Shown: in pieces, positions 38,056-52,101 of the stretch | How positions within the stretch are numbered: the first letter of the stretch is position 1 | Layout: each line of letters opens with the position of its first letter | Origin: Balanoglossus misakiensis | Taxonomy: Eukaryota > Animalia > Hemichordata | Assembly: GCA_040954595.2 (NCBI GenBank) | Contig: CM082577.2 | Coordinates: forward strand, 18,512,303-18,576,302 | Length of the DNA stretch: 64,000 bases | Direction of reading: 5' to 3' | Program-made: the position numbers and the translations under genes | Notes under the pieces: generated by a model | The model's database searches: none | Told to the model about the DNA's origin: nothing | Seen by the model: only the letters and a program-made list of their open reading frames with translations

Positions 38056-40417
38056 GATTTGTTAATCATAAAGGGCTTATGAATACCAATCATCACATGG
38101 ATCTTGATGTTGAACATGACAACAAAGCTTTCAAGAATGATGTCAATAGTTACAGGGGGGAGATAACTCAACGAAACCTTGACCGTGTATCTCGTAATTT
38201 GGATACAACTGAGAAGATCATTTAAAATTACAACAAGATCAGTAAATTTCATTGTCCATCTGCCATCCTCAAGAGAAAATTGCAAGATTTTCCCCACTGT
38301 TAGCATGAAGTTTATTATTAAACACCTATAGCCTGGCCTATATTCGGGCCATAGCAGCCATTTTACCCCCTCGTGGCTGTGAGTTACCAGGTTCATATGC
38401 TATCAGTTTTATATGTTACCAGAATCATATGCTATTACCCTTGGCCTACGGCCTCGGGAAATAGCATGTGATTCTAGTAACTCACAGCCCCTCGGGTGTA
38501 ATAAACGGCTGCTATTGCCCTCATGGCCAGGCAATAGGTTTTCAATAGCCTAATGCTGAGCTAGTGCATAAATATTTCAAACATGGTTAGCTGAAAGGTG
38601 AATTTCGCTCATTTGTCTAAAAATGTGGCAAATTAACTGCAGTCAACGTGGATCTATTCAAGGGGTAACGGTGTAGCTCAATACTTTGTTGACTTTCGAT
38701 TGCATTCGACGTTAATGTTTTAGGCCATATAACTAGGCCCTAGTTCTACTGTCAACACCAGAGTTAATCAATTATAGAGGTGGTCCTTTTAGGGTAAAAA
38801 ACTTGACAATCTTATGATGTCAATTGGTCCGACTTACTGCTTTGTACCGTGTATTGCTTTGGTTTGACTCGGTATTTTTTTTTTTTTTTTTGAGTTTTGG
38901 CCCAGTCTCGCTGCACTCAATTTCGAAGACGCCCAGTTGCCATTATTCCAACACGTCCGCCTAGGCCTAACTCAAGCAGAAAACATAGCAAATTGTCGCT
39001 ACAAAAATCACTGTCATTCTTTCTATACAACTTTCTTGCTTATGGTTTCTCTTGGTACAAGACGGATGTTGGCCCTATAAAACACATGATACAGGCCGGA
39101 ACAATGGCGCAGCAACCTAAGGAAAGTTGCACGCAAACAGAACAAAAAATCAGTAATAATAAATATTTACTTCAATCCTTCGGCACAGGGTCTACAAAGG
39201 CGAGGAAAACTAATGCTAAACTAAACACCAACAACAACTAACACTCTAGCTAAATACTAACAAGAACTAACACTGTAACTGAATACAAACAAGAACTAAC
39301 ACTATAAATAATTACTAACAAAAACTAATAGTGATACTATAACTAAATACTATACTATAACTAAATACTACCAGAAACTAATAAAGTAACTAAATACTAA
39401 CAAAACCTAATACTATTCCTAACTATAACTAATAATCTTAACTAAGTAATATAATAAATTAACCTAAACTAAGAAAAAACATTGAGAAACAAAATCTATC
39501 TAGGGCTAGCGAATATATAAATGGCGGAGAGAGAGAATAGGAGCGTGTGTAGGGTAATGAGAACGATAAACGAACTGAACGTCAGCGGCAAGAGTTTTAT
39601 TGTTATGCAAATACTGTGAGCAATATGCTAAATGTAAATGACAGGCATATGTAAATGACATTGTAAGGAGGTGTTAAGGATATAACAACAGGTGAAACAA
39701 ACTGAACGCAGTTGTTGATAGCATGCAGATTGAGCTGTCAAAAATCTAACTAATGACAATCAGAAACAGCCTCCCAAGACTGCGTAGTGCTCTCGTAAGG
39801 TTATTTTTTATTGTTCAAATTATTTACCATGTCACTGCTGGCTGGCATACAACAATGCATGAATTCACTGACATCAATGATATGCCTTCTTATGACTTAT
39901 TTTGTCAATTTTTCCTTGCCACCACCATTGTCATTTAATGTACGTACATGCGTAACCACACCATTGCTTTAAAACAAAACGGTGATGGGTCTTGTATTTA
40001 CTGCTTACGTTGTATTCAAGTGAGCGGACAATTTTGGGGGATTTTCATTCTTTCCCTGCTTTCCAGAGTAGCCTTCATAGTGCGCCCTCTTGTGATGACG
40101 TGTTTTCTGAGAATCGGCCAGATAAAACAAACCATCGAAGTTTTCCATCACTCTCGTTACAAAGAAACAAAATCCGCCATCGTTCCCGTTCTAAGAAAAC
40201 GTTTTAAGCGTTTGGCCCTTTAGTGAAACACGTTAAGAAAATTTATTTTAAGAATAGTGTTTCTATTTCGACATCAACAGATTGGACCGAGCAAATTGTT
40301 TGAAACATGGGGCCTATGGAGAGTTCAGATTTTACTTCCAGGCTAGACTAGCCCACTAGTCGCTTGGTGATTTTTAAATCTCAATATGTACTTAATAAAT
40401 AATTGCAATACTTAATT

Positions 40418-40552
40418 AAAACTAGTGTTCCAGTGTAGATAACTCTTCTTGAAGTGTGACTGCACCATTATCCTTGTCAGTTCTGGTGTAGACCTTGGTG
40501 TCATCAGCGAATAATTTAGTGAGTGAAGTAGTGCAGTTCGGCATATCGTTAA
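40418..40552 (-). pseudogene. CR1-type RT fragment, downstream half (upstream half at 58170-58420)
   Basis: NDMPNCTTSLTKLFADDTKVY joins ...SGIPKGSVLGPVLFALFI across the Gypsy TTAA site. Confidence 0.85.
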
Positions 40553-41304
40553 TGTAACCCGGTTTACAAAATAAACCATGTGATAGTCATGTGATATGCT
40601 GTCCCAAGGGAGGATCATTTCCCGCCAAATAGGGTCACGTGATAAAAGTTTGTCCCGTAATGACTTTCTTTTATACAACACTTCTGTGGACGAAGTGCAG
40701 CTTTTCTTGTTAGGGAATTGCCCAGAGACGGTGTGGTTGGTCTTTCAAACAGATTTATTTGAAACCTACAGAACTGTGCTGAGTGTTGATTTCGGAACTG
40801 TGGATTGTATACTATTGCAAGCCCGAGTGGGAAGCCCTAGATGCGTGCGTGTGTATAGGAAAATACCCGTTGCGTGTGTGGAGGGATACTCGTCTGCAAC
40901 GTAGATCGTGACAACACAGGCCAGGACTCGCCGGTTGCTAGGGACCGATTTACGACGTTGACACAGCCAGCTCCGTATCATCGCTTATTCGCGGTTTAGC
41001 TGAACAGCTAAGTTGAATAGACTGTAGGGTTTCTGTTTTGATGAACACTGGACTTACTAGTATTTCAGTGATAACACTGTGGACTAGTGGATTTCTATGC
41101 AAGTCATTTATTCAGTGTTTCGATCATTGTAAAGCGACCAATATTTCAGTTAGATAGTTCTCTAGTTATTATAACAATAAAATAGCAATACCGTTGACTG
41201 CTAACGATTTGTGCGATATCTGTTCTTGTTGTTGACCTTGAATGAACTCCGTCCGGGTAGTGTTGACTTGTGTTGTGAATAACCAAATCAAACTCCGGGT
41301 TACA
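40553..41304 (+). repeat. Gypsy 5' LTR
   Basis: Matches 51257-51790 plus 56868-57087. Confidence 0.95.
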
Positions 41305-41308
41305 AAAG

Positions 41309-41325
41309 TGGGGGCTCGTCCGGGA
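41309..41325 (+). promoter_or_regulatory. Primer-binding site for tRNA-Pro
   Basis: TGGGGGCTCGTCCGGGA, the classical tRNA-Pro PBS, lies 4 nt after the LTR. Confidence 0.9.
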
Positions 41326-41559
41326 GTGGTTGATGGTGATGTGTTTTTTTGGTATGGTTGTGTGTTTGTATACATACATACTATACTTTGTGGATTGGAT
41401 ATCGTGCAAATTTATGCAGTGTATTGCTATTTTACCTGTATGTGGATAAATATTTTGACTTTAGTTAGAGTTTAAAAGTGAAAGACCAACCTCATCATTG
41501 TTAGCATTGTATTGCATTCTGGGTAATTGTTTTTCATCCATCCCTTAGACTTTACAAGC

Positions 41560-43350
41560 ATGGAAAGTAGGGAGGATTTTCACGTTTGGTGCCGGGAAAA
41601 CAGAATAGATTTGGAGGATGCGGTGATTATCCGATTTTCCAACTAAGGGAAATATGCATTATCTGAATTGGTTGACATTGTAGAAAAGGATTTCAAAAAT
41701 TGTATTACTGAAATTCATGTTGTTGATATTTTGCAAGAGCCCACAGTCATGATGCTGGGGTGCCCCATTGGTAATGGAAAGATTGATACAGCATTTCATA
41801 TGTTTGAATTTAACGCTGGGTCTAGTTATACTATCATTTTGCCTGCCTTGTTACCCAAAGCAAAGTCAACCCTTTCGGTCAAGGTCAAGCGGAAGCAGCG
41901 CCCTCAACAGGTGGATGAAGATATTTCCTTGGGAGCCACTTGCCTTGGTATGAGGGGCAAATCTTTGACAACCGACCTAAGACACAGTGGAAGGGGAAGC
42001 AGAATGAGGGATGTGTTGGCAAAAGAGATTGAGGACTTACGCGCCACCAAAGGAGACACCATGTCGTTACCACCAACTGTTAGATCTCGCAGCAAGGGTA
42101 AGAGCACACACCTGAGAAGTCCACAGTCGCCGTATGTTGAGCCGACTATACCGCCAAACATGAGAACTCCACCAGCGTTTGAGAGCGCCACGCCACCTAA
42201 TACTCCATCCCAAGGTGAAGGTGACACTGCTTACGTACAAATGATGGAACGTTTGCTGGCCAACCTGCAGACAAAACCCACAGAGAACACTAGATACCGT
42301 AAGCTGAAGTCATTCTCAGGGAAACAGCCTGTGGCATCCAATGAGGACGACTATGAAAGTTGGGCCGAGCAAGCTGACCAGATGATTGTAGAGTGGGACT
42401 GTACAGAAAGTGAGAAAAAGAAACGAATTGCGGAGAGTTTGTCTGGGGATGCCCTCAGCACAATCCGTGCATTGCCACAGGGAGAGAGCACTGCCAAAGA
42501 TTACCTCCGCGCATTGGAAAGTGTGTTTGGCTCCACGGAAACACCAGATGAAGCGTTGCATTCATTCCGGACATTCACACAGGAAGAGACGTGGTCCCAT
42601 TCAGAGTACTTACGAAGACTGCAGAAGTTGCTTCGTCGAGCAGTACTGAAGGGGAGCATAGATAGAGAGAAGGCCGATTATTATCGCCTTGACCAGTTTC
42701 TGAAGGGAGTACTTTACAATGAAGACCACTTGTCATCATTGCGGCTCAGAGATCGACTGACCAACCCTCCAAGCTTTGTTGAACTGATTCAAGAGGTTAG
42801 ACAGGAGGAGGCACGACAAGCAAGCAAAGCACAGAAACGGGCACAGAAAACAGTGAGAAACACCGTTGACAGCCAGATGAATATGCTTCAAGGTTTTGAG
42901 GCCAATGCCAGTATGACCACTGGTACGACACCCGCTACAGAAAGTCCCCTGATACAGCAGCTATTACAGAAGATGGATAACCTAATGCAGCATGTGGCCG
43001 TCCCTGCAGCAGCAAGCCAACCCAGTACTCCACCAGTCGCCACTGCCCCAGTGTCAAATAGCCAACCAAGGAGGAGAGATAGAAACCGTAGACCACAACA
43101 GAGTGTTGTAGTGAGCCAGCCCACTCAGCCAACACCTGAGACTACCCCTGTTGCCATGGAAACAACCAACTCGCCATCATCTATAAAAGCTACACTCCAG
43201 GGCGCCTCTTTTTGTTTCACTTGCGGTCAAGATGGACACCCAGAGAAGCGATGTCCGAACAAAAACAGTCCTAATCTACAATTAGTCAAGCAGAAGTTTG
43301 CCAAACTGTTTTTCGAGTTGAAGGGAAACTACCAGGGACACCCCCAGTAG
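41560..43350 (+). CDS. Gypsy gag with PNMA-like capsid and CCHC knuckle; premature TAA at codon 29
   Basis: YRKLKSFSG..EDDYESW..EKKKRIAESLSGDAL..YLRALESVFG and CFTCGQDGHPEKRC. The ATG at 41560 is in frame with ORF 41668. Confidence 0.9.
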
Positions 43351-43386
43351 AGGGGCCATAGGGTGTCCATACTGAGAATAGCCCCC
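43323..43386 (+). promoter_or_regulatory. -1 ribosomal frameshift signal (G_GGA_AAC plus pseudoknot)
   Basis: The slippery heptamer is in the correct gag phase. Stem 1 is GGACACCC/GGGTGTCC, loop GGGGC can pair with downstream GCCCC, and pol is in the -1 frame. Confidence 0.8.
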
Positions 43387-46300
43387 AAAGGAAATCTGAT
43401 AGGAGTACGATAGAAGAAAAGAAAGAGAAGGAGGGACATGTTTTAGAGACGAACCCATCAGCAGCAGACAAACCATTACCAGATGGGCTTGTGGGAGAAA
43501 GTATGACTGCTGAAGTTTTCGTTGGAGGTGTCAGATGCAACTGCCTGCTGGATAGTGGCTCGCAGGTCACACTCATTACCCATTCTTTCTACAAGGAACA
43601 TTTGTCACACTGCAAACTCCACTCAATTGACGATTTGGTAGTACGAGGTGCTGGTGATCAAGTGGTTCCATACTACGGATACATTCAAGTGTCTGTGTGT
43701 TTCTCAAAAGAAGTGGCTGGAGTGGAGGAGACTTGTGAGGCATTAGCACTGATTACCCCTGACCGTGAACAAAGCAAAAAGCTACCAGTAATTTGTGGAA
43801 CTAATACCAGTGTATTCAGAAACATGGCCAGTCATTGCAAGGCTGCTGCCGGAAGAAATTATGTGAAGAAATTGACAATAAACAGCCATTTTGCTGAAGC
43901 TTACCGGAGAATAGAGGCTGTTGAGAAGTGTGGTGTGGACGGCCGGATCACCTCGGTACGAGTGGCTGGCGGGAAGCCCATCACTATTCCCAGTGGACAG
44001 ACCATGTCTATTAGATGTATAGGACGGGGAAGGCCGGGACTCCCCAAGACGACAGTTTTGGTGGAACCCCCACTGGAAAACCAGTTACCAGGAGGACTGA
44101 TAGTCAAGAGCAGTGTCACCACGTTTAACCCCAGAGGTCGCAGAAGAGTGAAAGTGATTGTGCACAATGAGACAGGACATCATATAACCCTGAGACCGAA
44201 GCGAGTAGTGGCTGACTTGTACTTGCCTGAATGGGTGAGACCCATGCAACCGGATGAACTCAAACCAAAGCAAGAGGAAGATGACAGTTTGGAGGGGAAT
44301 AGCCAGTGCCGAAGTTGCCCAGTACAAGCCAGAGATGCTGAAGTGGCTACAGACGGTAGTGGGGATAGTGAATTTGTCGTGGACTTTGGTGACTCACCCC
44401 TTAGATATGAAGACAAGGTCAGGATAAATGAGAAACTGAAGAAACGAATGCACGTGTTCTCTCAGCATGATTGGGACGTCGGTTGTACGCCTGCAGTCGA
44501 ACACCACATTCCACTGAGCGATGCTACCCCATTCCGAGAGAGGTCCAGACGTATAACCCCTGCTGATTTCTATGATGCCAAGCGCCACATACAGGAACTG
44601 TTGGAGGCTGGAATTATCAGTGAGTCTAAAAGCCCATATGCATCCCCCATAGTACTAGTGCGGAAGAAGAATGGTTCCATACGGATGTGCGTGGACTACC
44701 GGACCTTGAATGCCCGAACCATACCCGATCAGTACACTGTGCCCAAGATCCAGGAAGCGTTAGACTGCCTAAATGGATGCTCGTGGTTCCATGTGTTGGA
44801 TCTGAAATCCGGTTACTACCAGATCCCCATGGCTGAGGAAGACAAGGACAAAACTGCTTTCATATGTCCACTGGGTTTCTATCAATTTGAACGGATGCCC
44901 CAGGGGATTACTGGTGCACCCGCCACGTTCCAGAGATTGATGGAAAAGTGTATGAGTGACATGCACCTGATCGAGCTGTTGATTTATTTAGATGACCTGA
45001 TCATATTTGGCCGTGACTTGAATGAAGCTGAGGACCGGCTTATGAAAGCGCTGGACAGATTGAGCGAGTATGGGTTGAAATTATCCCCTGAGAAATGCCA
45101 ACTTTTCCAGAAGACAGTCACCTATATTGGCCACAAGGTAGACGAGAATGGAGTGAGTCCGGACCCCACGAAAATAGAAGCCCTGAAGACATGGCCCACC
45201 CCAAAGAATATCAAAGAATTGAAAACTTTCTTGGGATTCACTGGTTACTACCGACGCTTTGTGGAGAACTATGCCCAAATAGTGAGACCCTTGAATGATC
45301 TGACTGCAGGATATGTACCCCCAAAGTTGAGGAAGAAATTTGGAAAGTATAGGGATGACAATGGCATACCATACCGAAGTGCAACAGAGCCGTTTGGAAG
45401 CAAATGGACACCAGAATGTCAACAAGCCATGGATCGGATCATTGACCTGTTGACTCATGCACCAGTATTGGCCTTCGCCGATTTGTCCCTACCCTTTGTA
45501 TTACATACAGATGCTAGTCTGGATGGACTTGGTGGCGTGTTGTATCAGCAACATGGAGACCTGCTGAAGCCAGTGGCCTACGCCAGTAGAGGTCTTACGT
45601 AGAGTGAGAAGAGATATCCTGTACACAAGTTGGAATACCTAGCTATGAAGTGGTGTGTGACAGACAAGTTTCATGACTACCTATATGGCGCAAAGTTCAA
45701 AGTTGTCACCGATAACAACCCGTTGACGTATGTCCTGACGACCGCCAAACTGGATGCAGCTGGACATCGTTGGCTGGCAGCCCTTGCAGCGTATGATTTC
45801 ACCCTGCAGTATCGTAGTGGCCGAGCCAACATAGATGCGGATGCACTGTCCCGACGTCCACATGGGGAGGCCCCAGATGACCAGGAATCACGACGTATTG
45901 AACAGAGGATACAAGAGCTGAAAGATAGGATACGTGGAGATGTGCAGAAGCCTGATGAAGTTATGACTCGGGACGTGATCAGAGCCATCGCTATGAGTCA
46001 TGGTGTGATTGAATACCCCCAACATGTCATTTGTAAGCATAGTGCACTTTCGTGTGGCTGCACTGCCTCGTCAGGAACTACAAACAAAGACAGCCAGAGA
46101 CCAGCAAGATCTCCAGTGTTGATCGAGACCATTGCTACCTCAGCTGCCGCCATCCCAGAGCCATATGAGCTGAAAGAGTATTATCAAGAGCACACACCAG
46201 GAACTGATTTGTCCACCATGGCAAAGCCCAAGGATTGGTTCATGCTACAGAGGGAGGATAAGACCCTGGCAGGAGTTATTGACTACTTGGAATCGGGGAA

Positions 46301-46984
46301 GAAAGTGACCGACTTCAAATCGCTCCCAAGTGAAGTACGAATTCTGTTGAGACAGCGACGCAAACTTTTCCTGATGGATAGAGTTTTGTACCGCAAGACA
46401 AGAGACAGCCAAGGTTTAGAGACTTTCCAGCTGGTATTACCAACCGAATACCGTGACCAGGCGTTGAGCGCACTGCATGATGACATGGGTCACATGGGTA
46501 TTGACAAGACATTTGAATTGATCAGAGCAAGATTTTACTGGCCTAGAATGAGAACCGATGTTGAGAAGAAATGCCAGACTTGCAGCCAGTGCGTACGTCG
46601 AAAACAGTTACCCCAGCGAACTGCACCACTGGTCAACATTTTCTCCAGTGCGCCTATGGAACTAGTATGCATTGATTTCCTCACTATTGAGGCTGATAGA
46701 CACAATGTCCAGAATGTGCTAGTAGTTACCGATCACTACACCAGATACGCCCAAGCCTACACGACAAAAGACCAAGAATCGAAGACAGTTGCCAAGGTAC
46801 TATGGGAGAAGTTTTTCGTTCACTATGGTCTACCAGCCCGTATCCATAGTGACCAAGGTCGATGTTTTGAAAGCCGACTCATCAAAGAACTCTTGAAAGT
46901 GGCAGGCATACGCAAGTCTAGGACAACACCCTACCATCCTCAAGGTAACCCACAGCCAGAGAGGTTTAACAGAGTTCTCCTTAA

Positions 46985-48662
46985 ACCCCGGTGCGGGGTA
47001 TAAAAGGCCCCCCAAATCAGTGGCGAATCTTAATGCCGTTTGACTGACAGCAGACAACACCAACGATCTTGGCTCTATGAAAATCGGCCCAAACAGGTCC
47101 AAGCATAAAGAATTACACCACACAACGACAGTTGTTGGCTTTATAAACACACACAACATAAAGTTATCGACGAAAAAGTACACGAGCTTGTGAAACAACG
47201 ATGATTTTGGTAGAAATCTGGTTTCAGTGCTTTTCAGAACAATGGATCGCGTCCCTGGGAAACAATGGCCACGCCATTCAAACAGCTGTCAATCTTTCAC
47301 AGACGCGTAGAGGTGCGAAAAGTTCAATTATTTGCAAAGTACATAAGATCAATTACACTATAAACAAAGAGTGCGTGCTTTGAGAGATCTTAGTTGATGC
47401 AAAACAACAGGCGTATGCGGAGCGAACAGTCTAGTCGTAGCCGAAGTTATACTCGCGCGCCGGAACCTGGGAAATAAGACTTACCGGTGGAGAGCAGATA
47501 TTTGGGAGAAATTAATGGATTCAGTTGGATTTTAGAATCGATTATATGTATATATGTACAAATAAAACACTAATAATAATTGTATGTATATGCTGTTGTA
47601 TCATGTTTTCTTTTGTAAGAGATAAAATCAATTATCTGAATCGTAAAATACATATAGGCCCTTAGTACAGCTTCGAAGAAACGAAACAATAGGAGTGTTC
47701 CTTCACTGACTTTCACCATGGTTGACAATCATATAAACGTGGTAAATTATGATTCCACTTACAGAAAACATAGTCACTCTACTTCTTCAACATGTACTAG
47801 TAATATCTATGAAAAACATAACCTGATACTGTACAGTCTCGCTAAAGCTAACTTTTCGAATGTTCGTGGATAGTCCTACGTATGGCGAGAGTGTCCGAGT
47901 AGCGACCACAGCGCACGCCATGCCAGTAGGACTTCGACTAATGACTCTCGGTTGCTGATCGTGAGATCATTCGTTGAACTTCAAGGCGCAAACTCGCATC
48001 ATACTGTCGAAGACACGAGAAGGGCAACGATTACGGGAAATTGATTTACATCATTTTAGACAAAATGGTTTTTAGTTTCCGCGAACCATTGCTGACCTGA
48101 CTAGGGAGTATCGAAACCAGTCACGTGTTTGAGTGCAATCGTGACCGGGTACCTATCGAGCAATCTAACGCACACCGACTCACATTTGGTCCATTGTTCT
48201 GTCATTACAATATCATTCGACAATTCGCACGGAGGACCGTGGACAACGATTCTGCTAGCCTATTTATTAGTCTGTGGAAAATTTAAAATCCGCCAAGTTT
48301 TACTCTGTCACTGGATTTTACAGCTCGTCAAACCGATGTCTGGCCAGGCTGCAGTTTATTGCAATCGCTTAGGAGAACTTCACCGACAACCCGTGAGAAA
48401 AGAACGTCGATTGCGCACTGCTGATCGCACTTCGTCGCTGAACAGTCGACTGCTAAAAACTAACCGTCGCTCACGTTCCAAGACTTTCAGAGAAGTATTG
48501 CGATAAGCCCACCTAGTCAAACAGATTACGCAGATAAACTACCAACGCTCCCGACCGTTAGTTATACAGTCGTTAGGGACGACAACCACTCCCAATCACT
48601 CCCAAATAAACAACTATACACACACACGTTAATCCGAACCCCAGGACTTTCCGCACCGGCCT
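46985..48662. mobile_element. Non-autonomous TTAA-TSD DNA transposon (Kolobok-like) in the integrase
   Basis: TTAA|accccggtgcgg...ccgcaccggcct|TTAA; removal restores NRVLL-NLLGTLD. Confidence 0.85.
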
Positions 48663-49522
48663 TTAACCTACTTGGCACTTTGGATGCTAAGGAGAAGCAG
48701 CATTGGAGCAAACATATCAGTTTCCTCGTGCATGCTTACAATTGCACAAAGAATGAATCTACACAGTTCTCACCATATTACTTGATGTTTTGGGAGAGAA
48801 GCCAGACTTCCCATTGACCTGTGTTTTGGCGTGAGTCCAGACGAGCATTCTCACCAAGATTACCTGCAGTATGTTGAGGACTTGAAGCAGAGATTGAAAG
48901 GAGCCTACAAGATGGCAGAAAGTGAAGCCCAGAAGTCCGCTGCTGCCAACAAGCGGAGATATGACAGTAAAGTCCGTGGCAGTAGTGATCTCCTTGTGGG
49001 TGATAGAGTTCTCGTACGCAATGTTGGATTGATAGGCAAACACAAGTTGGCTGACCGATGGAAGCCTGATGTCTATATTGTGATGAAGAAAAACGATGAG
49101 AAACTGCCAGTGTACGTGGTGAAGCCAGAAACTGGGGAAGGTAGCCAACGGACATTGCACAGGAATATGCTGCTTCCTGTTGGGTATTTGTCTGCACCTG
49201 AGCCAGTAGAAGCCGAACCAGAACTATCAAGACCAGTGACCAGGAGATATGCCAAGGGGAGAGAGCCATTGCGACAACACAGTCAGAATCAGATTCAGAA
49301 CCTGATGATGGATGTATTTCTCAGTTGTTCAAAGAGGACACTGATATAGCAGAAGTACATGAATCTGTACACAAATGCGAAACTGATGTCCCAAGTGTGC
49401 TTGAACCTGAGCTGCCAGATCCAGTCACTGCCCCCAGAAGATGCCCGGATTGATGAGAGTAACACAGCACCCGTAGCCCCTGTTCCAGTCAGAAGATCCA
49501 AGCGACGAACTGCCGGAAAACC

Positions 49523-49564
49523 CACAGGGAACTCAGTAATTTTGTTATTGTTATTGTTGTTGTT

Positions 49565-49600
<36 letters not shown>

Positions 49601-50697
49601 AAGATTGGTAATACAATTTTAAAAAAAATCAATGTGTCATTTCTTGCTATGTTTGTCGATGTTGTAGATAACTGTAAAAAAAAAACCCAACCATAATCGT
49701 GGAAAACACGACCTAGGTCGCCGAATGTCACTACCGTCTTACATACAGGCAAGGGTGGAATCCACATGCCCTGGATCTAGGCTCATGGGCCACCTTCAAG
49801 GCCCTGAAAAATCACCCCATTCACCAGCGAGCGATTAAATTATGCCACCATAGGCATTGAAATTTATCTCACTGACCTAATTTGGGCTTCACTTCATCTA
49901 TCGACCTGCAAACGAGTGGAAAAACGGCGATTTCCAAGTCGTACCCAGTCAAATTCAATCACATTTGAATCACGCGCCCGATGGTGATGGCTCCGTTTTC
50001 TCTGCCTATTTAAATTGACCAATCGGGCGCCCTGTAAAGGCTGCCTCGGCCACCGCTCAACTCGTACGAGTACGTGTAACTGCGTTCAAAATAACGCGAA
50101 AAAAAGGAGGCGAAACCTTAAGAGTCATACAGATAAATGGATACTTCCCAACTTTGTCATAAAATCTACCATTTTACGTCTTGAATACAGTGCAGTCGAT
50201 AGTCAGAACGTACACTTCCGGGTGTTGCTCGTACGAGTTGAGCGGTGGCCGAGGCAGCCTTTACAGGGCGCCCGATTGGTCAATTTAAATAGGCAGAGAA
50301 AACGGAGCCATCACCATCGGGCGCGTGATTCAAATGTGATTGAATTTGACTGGGTACGACTTGGAAATCGCCGTTTTTCCACTCGTTTGCAGGTCGATAG
50401 ATGAAGTGAAGCCCAAATTAGGTCAGTGAGATAAATTTCAATGCCTATGGTGGCATAATTTAATCGCTCGCTGGTGAATGGGGTGATTTTTCAGGGCCTT
50501 GAAGGTGGCCCATGAGCCTAGATCCAGGGCATGTGGATTCCACCCTTGCCTGTATGTAAGACGGTAGTGACATTCGGCGACCTAGGTCGTGTTTTCCACG
50601 ATTATGGTTGGGTTTTTTTTTTACAGTTATCTACAACATCGACAAACATAGCAAGAAATGACACATTGATTTTTTTTAAAATTTTATTACCAATCTT

Positions 50698-50742
<45 letters not shown>

Positions 50743-50905
50743 AATAACAATAACAATAACAAAATTACACGGTAGTGACATTCGGCGACCTAGGTCGTGT
50801 TTTCCACGATTATGGTTGGGTTTTTTTTTTACAGTTATCTACAACATCGACAAACATAGCAAGAAATGACACATTGATTTTTTTTTTAATTTTATTACCA
50901 ATCTT

Positions 50906-50944
<39 letters not shown>

Positions 50945-50983
50945 AATAACAATAACAATAACAAAATTACTGAGTTCCCTGTG
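49523..50983. mobile_element. Foldback element with ~550-bp TIRs and 7-bp TSD (P/Galileo-like)
   Basis: GAAAACC|cacagggaactcag...ctgagttccctgtg|GAAAACC. Arms 49523-50070 and 50228-50983, with a ~200-bp tandem duplication in the right arm. Confidence 0.88.
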
Positions 50984-52101
50984 GAAAACCTGCTGAACGA
51001 TTGACCTATGACCGAGGGGGTGTGCTAGCCAATGATGCCCTAGTAAATTTTGAAACCAAACAGGCACCAATGTCATACAATAACATGATTTTGTGGCGCC
51101 CATGGTGAAGGATGGGGAATTGTGCAAAAAGTCCCTTTGAAAGTATTCTTGTTAAGTAGTTTGAAAGTGTTCTGCAGTTATATTTAACATTTGTTTGAAT
51201 GTACCACTGCCCAATTGATACTTACACCCAGAGTGTGTAAGCTTTGGAGGGGAATGTGTAACCCGGTTTACAAAATAAACCATGTGATAGTCATGTGATA
51301 TGCTGTCCCAAGGGAGGATCATTTCCCGCCAAATAGGGTCACGTGATAAAAGTTTGTCCCGTAATGACTTTCTTTTATACAACACTTCTGTGGACGAAGT
51401 GCAGCTTTTCTTGTTAGGGAATTGCCCAGAGACGGTGTGGTTGGTCTTTCAAACAGATTTATTTGAAACCTACAGAACTGTGCTGAGTGTTGATTTCGGA
51501 ACTGTGGATTGTATACTATTGCAAGCCCGAGTGGGAAGCCCTAGATGCGTGCGTGTGTATAGGAAAATACCCGTTGCGTGTGTGGAGGGATACTCGTCTG
51601 CAACGTAGATCGTGACAACACAGGCCAGGACTCGCCGGTGGCTAGGGACCGATTTACGACGTTGACACAGCCAGCTCCGTATCATCGCTTATTCGCGGTT
51701 TAGCTGAACAGCTAAGTTGAATAGACTGTAGGGTTTCTGTTTTGATGAACACTGGACTTACTAGTATTTCAGTGATAACACTGTGGACTACACACGCGAT
51801 TGTGCAGTACCTTGGACAAAGCTTGGAACAATGTTGCAATAAGCTTTGTGCTGAAGCTTGCTACAAGAGTTTGCGTGCCGACCTTTGCTGAAGGGGCCGT
51901 GTGTCAACCTTCGCTGAAGCTTCTTATTACTAGCCTTAGTTGAACCTAAGCTGTACCAACCTTTGTGAAACCTTATAATTCCAATCTTTGGCCAAGGTTG
52001 GGGTTGCAAAGCGTCTTCAAAGCTTGGTGAAAAAACCTTCAACAATGCTTTACTAAACAAACCTTTAAACAAGCTTAATTTTTGAAGCTTTGTCGAAGAT
52101 G

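Larger units (their letters stand above)
43323..49349 (+). pseudogene. Gypsy pol (PR, RT, RH, INT) with stops, a frameshift and an insertion
   Basis: LLDSGSQ, CVDYRTLN, YLDD, HTDAS, TDNNPL, HDDMGH..C..C, IHSDQG, PERFNR. TAG at 43359 and 45600; split at 46985-48662. Confidence 0.93.

Noticed and set aside
41668-43350. Domesticated PNMA host gene
   Set aside because: It lies within a complete LTR element with pol, PBS and TSD.
45600-45602. Stop-codon readthrough in Gypsy pol
   Set aside because: The TAG lies in the middle of RNase H, which fits a nonsense mutation.
49359-51127. Poly-Leu/Thr/Val ORFs
   Set aside because: They come from (TTG)n/(CAA)n tracts in the foldback TIRs.
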